The notes beneath the pieces were generated by a model, which was not told where the DNA came from, did no database searches, and was given only the letters and a program-made list of their open reading frames with translations. The translations under genes were made by a program, and so were the position numbers. Source: a virus (Duplodnaviria > Caudoviricetes). From it: a stretch of DNA of 27,351 nucleotides. The stretch is taken from positions 1 to 27,351 of IMG/VR virus record IMGVR_UViG_3300016484_000374, one strand, 5' to 3'. Position 1 is the stretch's first letter. Every line of letters starts with the position of its first letter. Of this stretch, positions 1 through 7,855 are shown piece after piece.

Positions 1-2
1 TT

Positions 3-311
3 TTGGATGATGACAATTCTATCCTGCCACATTATTTGAAATCAGCAAAGGATTCAATTGAAAATCATGGCATCATGATATTCAGAATATGGCACAACAC
101 AGCATCAATAATACCAAGAGAAAACGCAATTGAATTAGGTGCAATTGATTCATTGAATTTTGTAGTAAGGAAAGATATTGCACAGAAATTTGAATGGAAT
201 TTGAATGAATATTCAGCAGATTATTCATTCATCAAATCATGTGAAAAATATTGCATTGAAAATGGGATTGCAATAGGATATTCAGATCAAATAATTGGCA
301 GGCATCATTGA
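3..311 (+). CDS. Glycosyltransferase family 2 (GT-A fold), 5'-truncated by window edge
   Basis: LDDDN DxD-type motif at the start and 'ADYSF' resembling the (E/A)D-W/Y-x-F acceptor motif; frame is open to the window edge. Confidence 0.65.
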   Translation: MDDDNSILPHYLKSAKDSIENHGIMIFRIWHNTASIIPRENAIELGAIDSLNFVVRKDIAQKFEWNLNEYSADYSFIKSCEKYCIENGIAIGYSDQIIGRHH

Positions 312-496
312 TGAATATTCCACATTATTCAATTCCTGATGGTTATGATGAATTATTTGATGAAATTGCAGGCATATTGGAATTTGATGCAAGGCTATCA
401 AGAAAAGATGCTGAATCCACTGCACTTAGGATAATTTATGCGATGCATACAGACACGCAAAATATCACAACCAATGATGAAAGTGGCACACCGTAA
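311..496 (+). CDS. Small hypothetical protein
   Basis: ATG overlaps upstream TGA (TGATG); 'FDEIAGILEFDARLSRKDAE' resembles a short helical motif common in phage proteins. Confidence 0.6.
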   Translation: MNIPHYSIPDGYDELFDEIAGILEFDARLSRKDAESTALRIIYAMHTDTQNITTNDESGTP

Positions 497-531
497 TTGA
501 TGCGGGGAACTTGATTCAAATTTCAGTATGG

Positions 532-564
532 AAGCATAGCAGACAAACTTGCTATGCTTTTTTT
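532..564 (+). terminator. Intrinsic terminator
   Basis: AAGCATAGCAG-ACAAAC-TTGCTATGCTT stem-loop followed by a T run (558-564). Confidence 0.85.
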
Positions 565-720
565 GTGCAAAATCAAAATAAATTTTTCCACAATCACATT
601 TTGCATTCTTGAATTTACGAAATTCACAATGTGAATGGTCATCCATTTCATCATCCCTATGCCCTGTCAGGGCGTTTCATTCATTTGGGATGCCCTGATA
701 ATTTAATACATGACAAGGCA

Positions 721-1023
721 ATGGAATTTGAAATTTTGAAAAATATATTGGCATCATTGGTGTCAGTTGTCACTTTGATGTTCATGCTATTTCGATACCT
801 TCACAAAAGGGATGTAAGCAATGCAAAATTGATTGCAGACACGATTCGAGATGCAACACAAAAGGCATTTCAGGTGAGCCACATTGAATCAAGAGTTCGT
901 GAAATTGAAGACATACAAGCAGAAAATACAAAAGCAATTCAGGATTTGAATAATTCATTGAATAAGAGACTAGACCAATTATTCATTGCAATTGCAAACA
1001 TCAAGGGCAATCACAATGACTGA
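721..1023 (+). CDS. Single-TM coiled-coil membrane protein, putative holin/antiholin
   Basis: ATG 721 with AAGG upstream is preferred over GTG 631; N-terminal hydrophobic helix (ILASLVSVVTLMFMLF) then coiled coil; first gene of the lysis-like cassette. Confidence 0.5.
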   Translation: MEFEILKNILASLVSVVTLMFMLFRYLHKRDVSNAKLIADTIRDATQKAFQVSHIESRVREIEDIQAENTKAIQDLNNSLNKRLDQLFIAIANIKGNHND

Positions 1024-1258
1024 TGTGCCAAAAGCTCGTAGGAAGCGTGAAAGTAAAAAAGTCTTATTTGGATTCAAAGGACTCAAGTTGACAACACCAC
1101 AGGCAATGAAACGGCTTGGAATTGCCATTGCAGCATCAGGCACAGCAGGCGCGGGGATTTGTTATATCATGGAATATGAAAGAATTGCTCTTTTGTGTTT
1201 GGTGATGACTGTTGGTGGCACATTCATTTCACAGATGTTTGGAGAATTTGAGCAATGA
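1016..1258 (+). CDS. Putative holin (2 TM helices)
   Basis: 80 aa, basic N-terminus, two hydrophobic segments, overlaps the putative endolysin start. Confidence 0.55.
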   Translation: MTDVPKARRKRESKKVLFGFKGLKLTTPQAMKRLGIAIAASGTAGAGICYIMEYERIALLCLVMTVGGTFISQMFGEFEQ

Positions 1259-1791
1259 CAAGACCACGATTATCAAGGGGGCAAATCGTCAGCAAATTGC
1301 CATCAGGCACATCATTCCCTTGCATTGTAGGCATCAGGGGATATTTCAAAGATGAATTTGGCAAAAAGGGTGTGAATGACAGAGGCGTGTATGATGATGC
1401 AATCTACATTATTGAAAACAATTTGGCATTTGCATTCAATGGCAATACAGATCCATCAAGACATGGCATGAATCACAAAATTGGCAAAGGTCTTGCATCA
1501 TTGAAAGCAGGAACATATGAATACAAAATTGGAATTCATGGACTGTCAAAAGAAAAATCAAAGCAATATGAGGCATTGGTGCAAGAGGAACCTGTGACTG
1601 TCAAAAGGGATGTCACAGAAACAGAGCACAAAGGATTTTTTGGCATCAATATTCACAAAGGTGGAATCAATACGACATCATCAGAAGGGTGCCAAACAAT
1701 TCATCCGTCACAATGGGATGAATTCATGACATTAGTCAAGGCATATTTCCCATCAGGCAAAAACATTCCATATATCTTGATAGAAAATTGA
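1255..1791 (+). CDS. YkuD/L,D-transpeptidase-like cysteine peptidase, putative endolysin
   Basis: GINIHKGG...SSEGCQTI matches the His...S-x-G-Cys catalytic pattern; follows two small membrane proteins. Confidence 0.65.
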   Translation: MTRPRLSRGQIVSKLPSGTSFPCIVGIRGYFKDEFGKKGVNDRGVYDDAIYIIENNLAFAFNGNTDPSRHGMNHKIGKGLASLKAGTYEYKIGIHGLSKEKSKQYEALVQEEPVTVKRDVTETEHKGFFGINIHKGGINTTSSEGCQTIHPSQWDEFMTLVKAYFPSGKNIPYILIEN

Positions 1792-2132
1792 TGAAAAGAG
1801 ATAGATTCAATATCACAATTTACAAGAATGAAACATTTGCAACGGCAATTGCATTGAAAGACAAAAATGGAACTGCAATTGATTTGACAAATGCAACATT
1901 GACAGCACAGTGCAGGGACAAATCATCCAATGCCGTGCTGTTTTCATTTGTTTGCACTGTTTCAAATCCTGCCACAAATGGTCAATTTGTTTTGTCATTA
2001 GGTGCATCAACATCGGCAACATTGACAGCACAAAAAAATGCATCATATGATGTCAAGATTGCATGGTCAAATGGAACAGTAAAAAGATATTTGGGTGGTG
2101 ATGTTCAAATTGTGGACACAGTGACGGCATGA
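1791..2132 (+). CDS. Virion adaptor protein (BppU N-terminal-like Ig fold)
   Basis: 'ETF...KDKNGTAIDLTNATLTAQCR...YDVKI...YLGG' pattern typical of adaptor proteins that precede fibres. Confidence 0.55.
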   Translation: MKRDRFNITIYKNETFATAIALKDKNGTAIDLTNATLTAQCRDKSSNAVLFSFVCTVSNPATNGQFVLSLGASTSATLTAQKNASYDVKIAWSNGTVKRYLGGDVQIVDTVTA

Positions 2133-2491
2133 GCATTAGCAATGATAGTGTTGATATTATTGTAAATCCTGAAAAGATTACAATTGAATTGCAAGATGAT
2201 ATTCAAAGCATTTTTGTCAATGCTGAATCAATCACTGTGCAGGTCAATTCCATTCTTTCAACAGGTGGTGAATCATCAGTAATTGGTGAAACACCAAATG
2301 GTGCAATCAATGGACAAAATGCCACATTCACATCATTGCAAAACTTTGAACCCTTGACAGTGGATGTGATTCTGAATTCCACTGTGCAGACATATGGAAT
2401 TGATTATATCACAACAGGCACAAATACAATCACATTGAATGTTGCACCTGTTGTTGGTGATATTTTAAGATTGAATTACAAATTAGGATAA
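2129..2491 (+). CDS. Fibre-associated structural protein
   Basis: C-terminal ~70 aa domain (GETPNGAING...DY...TIT...AP..GD) is paralogous to the C-terminus of the next gene. Confidence 0.6.
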   Translation: MSISNDSVDIIVNPEKITIELQDDIQSIFVNAESITVQVNSILSTGGESSVIGETPNGAINGQNATFTSLQNFEPLTVDVILNSTVQTYGIDYITTGTNTITLNVAPVVGDILRLNYKLG

Positions 2492-2498
2492 TAAAGTC

Positions 2499-3323
2499 AT
2501 GGCAGAAACAACAATTGCAGGCAGACAGATTAGGGATGGTGCAATATCGAATTCAAAGGTTGCAGCAGGTGCAGGTATTGAATCATCTAAATTAGCAGAT
2601 GGTGCAAATTTCCTGAAGAAAGATGGCACGGTTGCAATGACAGGCAATTTGGACATCAACAATCAAAAGGTTGTGAATGTAGGCACACCAACATCGAATG
2701 GTGATGCAACATCCAAATCATATGTTGATGGATTGATTGCAGCATTGCCATCAGCATACAAATATAGAAATGTTCATGCAGCAACGACAGGTGATATCAA
2801 TTTGTCAAATCCTGCAACAGATACATTTGATGGTCACACATTGACATCAGGGCAAAGAATTCTTGTATGGCAACAGTCAACAGCATCACAAAATGGTATC
2901 TATGATTTTAATGGTTCATCATCAGCATTGACAAGATCAAGTGATTCAGATGCATGGGATGAATTGACAGGCACGTTGGTATATGTTGACCAAGGCACAA
3001 CATATGGTGACAAAAGATTCTATTGCACATCAAATACGGGTGGCACATTAGGTTCAACATCAGTGACATATGTGCAAGATTTGGCAGGAACATTGTCACC
3101 AACCAATTTTGTATTTGGCGAAACACCATCAGGCACAATCAATGGAAGCAATACAACATTCACAATCAGTGCAACACCGACATCAAATACGCTTGGATTG
3201 TATTTGAATGGAATCCTTTTGAAATCAGGTGCAGGGAATGACTATACATTGTCAACCAACACAATCACAATGACAACGGCACCTGTAAGTGGTGATGTCT
3301 TGCAAGCAAATTTCATGAAGTAA
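2499..3323 (+). CDS. Fibre-like virion structural protein
   Basis: G/S/T-rich; 'DATSKSYVD' fibre motif, 'GQRILV..Q....NGIY' domain, C-terminal GETPSGTING domain. Confidence 0.75.
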   Translation: MAETTIAGRQIRDGAISNSKVAAGAGIESSKLADGANFLKKDGTVAMTGNLDINNQKVVNVGTPTSNGDATSKSYVDGLIAALPSAYKYRNVHAATTGDINLSNPATDTFDGHTLTSGQRILVWQQSTASQNGIYDFNGSSSALTRSSDSDAWDELTGTLVYVDQGTTYGDKRFYCTSNTGGTLGSTSVTYVQDLAGTLSPTNFVFGETPSGTINGSNTTFTISATPTSNTLGLYLNGILLKSGAGNDYTLSTNTITMTTAPVSGDVLQANFMK

Positions 3324-3340
3324 TTGCATAGGGATGATGC

Positions 3341-3595
3341 ATGGCACAAACAAAGTTGAACAATAGTCAATTGCCTGATACTTTTTCATCAAAGACAATT
3401 GATAATACAAATGACATCAATACCACACTGACAAAATTGAAAATTTCAGGTGGAACAAATGGTCAAGTTTTGTCAACAGATGGAAGCGGGTCGCTATCTT
3501 GGGCTACGGCTGGTGGTGGTGGAGTATCAGATACTTATGATTTTGGCACTTTTGCAACGCCTGCAGATTTTACTCTAGATTTAGGAACTTATTGA
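3341..3595 (+). CDS. Short fibre segment protein
   Basis: 'GTNGQVLSTDGSGSLSW' fibre repeat; ends DFGTF...DLGTY. Confidence 0.7.
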   Translation: MAQTKLNNSQLPDTFSSKTIDNTNDINTTLTKLKISGGTNGQVLSTDGSGSLSWATAGGGGVSDTYDFGTFATPADFTLDLGTY

Positions 3596-3596
3596 T

Positions 3597-4394
3597 ATGC
3601 CTCTGAAACTAAGACGCGGAACTGATTCAAATAGATCAAGCATAACACCTGCAGAAGGCGAGCCGATATTTACAACAGATACCAAGAAGCTCTATGTAGG
3701 TGATGGCTCCACTGCTGGAGGTATCGCCATAGATACAAACGTAACTGATGGAGATAAAGGCGATATAACTGTATCGAGTTCAGGTGCTACTTGGACAATT
3801 GATAATGATGCCGTTACCTATGCCAAGATTCAAAATGTTAGCGCAGCATCTCGCTTGCTTGGACGTGGATCTGCTTCAGGTTCAGGCGATGTGCAAGAGC
3901 TTACAATTGGATCAGGCTTGACGCTTACTGGTACTGAATTAAGTGCAAGTGGTGGTCTTGGATCACCAACAGCAATAGTTACAAAAACTGCAAATGAAAC
4001 TGTTACTAGCTCGACTACTTTCCAAGATGATGACGAGCTATATTATGCTCTTTCTGCTAATAAAGACTATTATATTCAACTTTATTTAAGAATATCAAGA
4101 GTAGATACATCAGCAACCCCTGCAATGAAAGTAGCAATATATGCTAATTCTGAAGGATATGGTGCAATTATCGGAGGTACTCCTTCAAATTCTATCATAT
4201 TTGATGGAACTACATCATTAGGCCAATCGGGGAATTTGGCAAGCTTAGCTGGAGTGCCAATAAGTTACTTTATTCAAGGAACTGTCAAAACGACATCGGC
4301 ATATACTTTGCAGTTCAAATTCGCTCAAAATACATCGGTTGCAACTGGTATAACTGTAATGGCTAAATCTAGGCTAATGATATGGGAACTATAA
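3597..4394 (+). CDS. Fibre/receptor-binding protein with Mtd_N (hyaluronidase N-terminal-like) domain
   Basis: N-terminus LKLRRGT...PAEGEP.FTTDTKKLYVGDG.T.GG is the characteristic Mtd_N pattern; beta-rich C-terminal head. Confidence 0.8.
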   Translation: MPLKLRRGTDSNRSSITPAEGEPIFTTDTKKLYVGDGSTAGGIAIDTNVTDGDKGDITVSSSGATWTIDNDAVTYAKIQNVSAASRLLGRGSASGSGDVQELTIGSGLTLTGTELSASGGLGSPTAIVTKTANETVTSSTTFQDDDELYYALSANKDYYIQLYLRISRVDTSATPAMKVAIYANSEGYGAIIGGTPSNSIIFDGTTSLGQSGNLASLAGVPISYFIQGTVKTTSAYTLQFKFAQNTSVATGITVMAKSRLMIWEL

Positions 4395-4606
4395 CAATAG
4401 AGTGTATTTCAAGCAAAATAGCAGATTCATTTACATGTTTACAAAGTGATGAATTAGGTAATTGCATAGAGCAAATAAAAACAGGTCAAGTCATGCTTTG
4501 GAAATTCAAAGATCAAGACGGCAATCTATGGAATACTGAGACTCCTATCGACGGCACTGAAGAGGATGCAGCATCAATCATTCTTGCAAGTGTGGTAAGT
4601 GCATAA
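4382..4606 (+). CDS. Small acidic protein, possible fibre assembly chaperone
   Basis: Overlaps the end of the fibre gene; positional inference only. Confidence 0.4.
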   Translation: MGTITIECISSKIADSFTCLQSDELGNCIEQIKTGQVMLWKFKDQDGNLWNTETPIDGTEEDAASIILASVVSA

Positions 4607-5468
4607 AGCGGAAAACAGAGTCAAAGGCAAAGGCAATGCAAGATACCGTCTGACAGAAGATGAAATTGAAGCATTGACAAGATACCGACTCAAATCGGAC
4701 GCATTTGATGATTTGCCTGAATGGTTGATTGAAATGCAAGATGGCAAAGATGAAGTGGAACAGCATGTCACGATTGAAGGCAACACGGCAATCATTTGTG
4801 ATGTTCATTTGGGATTCCATGACATTGATGCAATTAGAGCATGCATCCAATATTTGCGTACATTGAAAGTTGACAACATTGTATTGAATGGTGATACTAT
4901 TGATGCACATAAGTTGTCAAGGTGGGCAAAGCGAAAAGATGACATTGAATTCACTACTGAATTACAAATGGCACGCAATTTCATGGACAATCTTCGCATG
5001 ACATTTCCAAAAGCAAAGATTCATTTCAAAGTTGGGAATCATGAAGATAGATTAGAACATTTCATTCAGGAAAAAGCAGATCAATTTGCAGGCATCATCA
5101 CTTGGCAGTCATTATTGGAATTAGACAAGAAAGGCATCAAGTTTGTTGACTCAAATCAATTGATGTTTTGTCATGGCACTTGGATTGCACATGGTCATGA
5201 AATCAAAGTGAATGGTGGGGCAAATCCTGCTGTTTCATTGATGAACAAAACATTGACAAATACATGCATGGGGCATTTGCACAGGACACAAACGATTCAG
5301 AAGAAAACATTGGATGGTGAATTCTTGCGCGCGGATGTCATTGGCACATTGTCAAAACTCAAAAGAGGATATTCACCATACTCACAAAGCAATCATGGTT
5401 TTGCATTCATTCATGAAGATGGTGAATTTCAGAACATCAGGATTGAAGATGGCAAGGTGAAGAAATGA
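4599..5468 (+). CDS. Calcineurin-like metallophosphoesterase
   Basis: All five motifs present: DVH, GDTID, GNHE, HGH, GHLH; GTG start is uncertain. Confidence 0.9.
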   Translation: MHKAENRVKGKGNARYRLTEDEIEALTRYRLKSDAFDDLPEWLIEMQDGKDEVEQHVTIEGNTAIICDVHLGFHDIDAIRACIQYLRTLKVDNIVLNGDTIDAHKLSRWAKRKDDIEFTTELQMARNFMDNLRMTFPKAKIHFKVGNHEDRLEHFIQEKADQFAGIITWQSLLELDKKGIKFVDSNQLMFCHGTWIAHGHEIKVNGGANPAVSLMNKTLTNTCMGHLHRTQTIQKKTLDGEFLRADVIGTLSKLKRGYSPYSQSNHGFAFIHEDGEFQNIRIEDGKVKK

Positions 5469-5944
5469 CAGACAAAATGCACTATATTATTTTAGGCATG
5501 ATGGCATGTGTCTTGGCACTTGGATTCCTGATTGGGAAAGGATGTCAAGAAAACAGCCACAAATTGATTTTAAGACACGATACCATTGAAAAGGTAAGAA
5601 TACAGCCAAGAGAGGTTTTTGTCAAGCCTGATGTGCGTATCAAGTCAATTATGGTGCCTTATCATGATACAATGTATGTCAAAGAGCAATTGCCATGTGA
5701 TTCGGCATTCATTGCACAGGCAGATTCAGTGATAACAACAACAGGTGATACAATCAATGTTGCATTTTCGCACAATCCATTGTCAGAATCATTTTTCCAC
5801 ATGGTTGTAAAACCAAGACCGGATTCAATTATTTTTCGTGAAATCATTGTGGAAAAAGTCAAGACAGAGGATAGGACAGATTTTGGATGGATTGTGGCAT
5901 CATTAGTCACAGGAATAGCAATAGGCATATTGGGAACAAGATGA
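5465..5944 (+). CDS. Putative unimolecular spanin
   Basis: N-terminal hydrophobic signal ending GKG-C, beta-rich middle, C-terminal TM helix (GWIVASLVTGIAIGILG). Confidence 0.5.
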   Translation: MTDKMHYIILGMMACVLALGFLIGKGCQENSHKLILRHDTIEKVRIQPREVFVKPDVRIKSIMVPYHDTMYVKEQLPCDSAFIAQADSVITTTGDTINVAFSHNPLSESFFHMVVKPRPDSIIFREIIVEKVKTEDRTDFGWIVASLVTGIAIGILGTR

Positions 5945-6468
5945 AAGTAAAAATCAAAGACATCAAAGCGAATCCAAACAATCCAAGAGTGATTCGAGAT
6001 GAACAATTCAAGAAACTTGTCAAGAGCATTCAGGAATTCCCTGAAATGCTATCAGTTCGCAAATTAGTTTGCACACCTGATATGATTGTCCTTGGTGGCA
6101 ATATGAGATTGAAAGCATTGCAATCAGCAGGCATCAAAGAAGTTGATGTTGAAATTGTTGATTGGGATGAACAAAAGCAAAAGGAATTCATTATCAAAGA
6201 CAATGTGTCATTTGGTGAATGGAATCATGAGCAATTGGCAAATGAATGGGATGCAATTGAATTGCAGGAATGGGGTCTTGAATTGCCTGTCAATGTTGAT
6301 GTTGATTATTCTGAAAAGAATAAAGAAATAGACATTGATGCACTTGATGAACAAATGACAATTAAGTTGAACTATACATCAGATGAATATTGGATAGTCA
6401 AAGAACAATTGTCAAAAATTGCATCAACACCTGAACAAGCAGTGTGGAAATTATTGGGAAATGATTGA
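5941..6468 (+). CDS. ParB/sulfiredoxin N-terminal domain protein
   Basis: NPNNPR...LVKSIQEF...GGNMRLKAL...DN..GEW pattern; ATG 5941 overlaps the upstream stop. Confidence 0.85.
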   Translation: MKVKIKDIKANPNNPRVIRDEQFKKLVKSIQEFPEMLSVRKLVCTPDMIVLGGNMRLKALQSAGIKEVDVEIVDWDEQKQKEFIIKDNVSFGEWNHEQLANEWDAIELQEWGLELPVNVDVDYSEKNKEIDIDALDEQMTIKLNYTSDEYWIVKEQLSKIASTPEQAVWKLLGND

Positions 6469-7493
6469 TGCATAAATTTCCGTACAAATGGTATTTGGCT
6501 GATGGATATCCTGCAAAAGGAATTGAATATCATGGCATGAAAGTATTTGGCACTTTCATTTGTGGTGGCGGTTCAACAATGGGATACAAATTGGCAGGTT
6601 TCAATCATTTAGGCGGTGTAGAAATTGATCCAAAGATTGCGGACGTTTACAAGACAAATCACAATCCAAAATACCTATACACACAAGACATTAGAGACTT
6701 TGCAAACTTGCATGAATATCCCGATGAATTGTACAATCTTGATTTGCTTGATGGTAGCCCGCCATGTTCGTCATTCAGCATGGCAGGAAATAGAGAAAAA
6801 GATTGGGGCAAAGAAAAAGTATTCAAAGAAGGTCAAGCAAAACAAAGACTTGATGACTTGTTTTTTGATTACATAAAACTTGCGAAGAAATTACAGCCAA
6901 AAGTTGTGATTGCTGAAAATGTCAAGGGGTTGATATCAGGCAATGCAAAATCATATGTGAAGAAAATCAAAGAATCATTCATTGATGCCGGATATGATGT
7001 GCAGTTGTTTTTGTTGAATGCTGCATCAATGGGAGTGCCACAAAAAAGAGAGCGTGTATTTTTTATTTGCAAAAGAAAAGATTTGCCCTATGCAAAACTT
7101 GATTTGAATTTTGATGAAGATGCAATACTATTCAGGCACATTGATGATGGTAGTAATGGCAAGGAAATAAAGGCTGAATATTTGGAACTATGGAAGCAAT
7201 GCAAACCAGGTAATAATCTTGGCACAGTGCATCCAAAAGGAAACTACTTTGGAACAAAAAAACTATCATATGATGAAACGCCAAGCACAATCATTGCAGA
7301 CCAAGGAAGTGCAGTATTGCACCCAACAAAGCCACAGAAACTGTCAGCAAATAATTTGTGCAAGATAGGTACATTCCCACTTGATTACAATTTCAAATCA
7401 GTAGACACAAAGTATTTGATTGGTATGAGTGTTCCACCAGTAATGACGGCACAAATTGCACATCAAATCTATTTGCAATGGCTATCAAAATAA
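6468..7493 (+). CDS. DNA (cytosine-5)-methyltransferase
   Basis: Motif I variant FICGGG, motif IV GSPPC, motif VI ENV, motif VIII QKRERVF, motif X GMSVPP. Confidence 0.95.
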   Translation: MHKFPYKWYLADGYPAKGIEYHGMKVFGTFICGGGSTMGYKLAGFNHLGGVEIDPKIADVYKTNHNPKYLYTQDIRDFANLHEYPDELYNLDLLDGSPPCSSFSMAGNREKDWGKEKVFKEGQAKQRLDDLFFDYIKLAKKLQPKVVIAENVKGLISGNAKSYVKKIKESFIDAGYDVQLFLLNAASMGVPQKRERVFFICKRKDLPYAKLDLNFDEDAILFRHIDDGSNGKEIKAEYLELWKQCKPGNNLGTVHPKGNYFGTKKLSYDETPSTIIADQGSAVLHPTKPQKLSANNLCKIGTFPLDYNFKSVDTKYLIGMSVPPVMTAQIAHQIYLQWLSK

Positions 7494-7855
7494 TGGCATA
7501 CGATAAAAAGAAAATATTGAAAGATGCAATTGAATTGATTGAAAAACATCACCTTGTTTTCATTGATGATGTTGTTGGATTATTGCCATTAACAAAGCCA
7601 ACATTCTATTCTTTATTCCCTGTTGATTCTAACGAATTAAACGAAATAAAAAGACTGCTTGACAAAAACAGAATAAGCATGAAGTCTAATATGAGAAAGA
7701 AATGGTATCAATCCGAAAATGCAACATTGCAAGTGGCACTGATGAAACTGATTGCAACGGATGATGAGGCAGCAAGACTATCCGGAACACCAAGAGAATC
7801 AAAGCAGGAAAAAGATTCACTTGTCATCAAATGGAATGATTTGAATGCAGGTTGA
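7493..7855 (+). CDS. terS: Terminase small subunit (putative)
   Basis: Helical ~120 aa protein with HTH-like N-terminus, directly overlapping terL. Confidence 0.7.
   Translation: MAYDKKKILKDAIELIEKHHLVFIDDVVGLLPLTKPTFYSLFPVDSNELNEIKRLLDKNRISMKSNMRKKWYQSENATLQVALMKLIATDDEAARLSGTPRESKQEKDSLVIKWNDLNAG

Noticed and set aside
631-720. N-terminal extension of the first late ORF from GTG 631
   Set aside because: Overlaps a hairpin-rich leader; ATG 721 has a better ribosome-binding context
3597-4394. Diversity-generating retroelement target (Mtd-like)
   Set aside because: Only the Mtd N-terminal anchor is present; no reverse transcriptase or template/variable repeat pair is seen in the window
5941-6468. 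Plasmid-prophage partition system
   Set aside because: Only a ParB/Srx N-terminal domain in a late operon; no ParA, HTH domain or parS array adjacent
6468-7493. Restriction-modification system
   Set aside because: No endonuclease next to the methyltransferase
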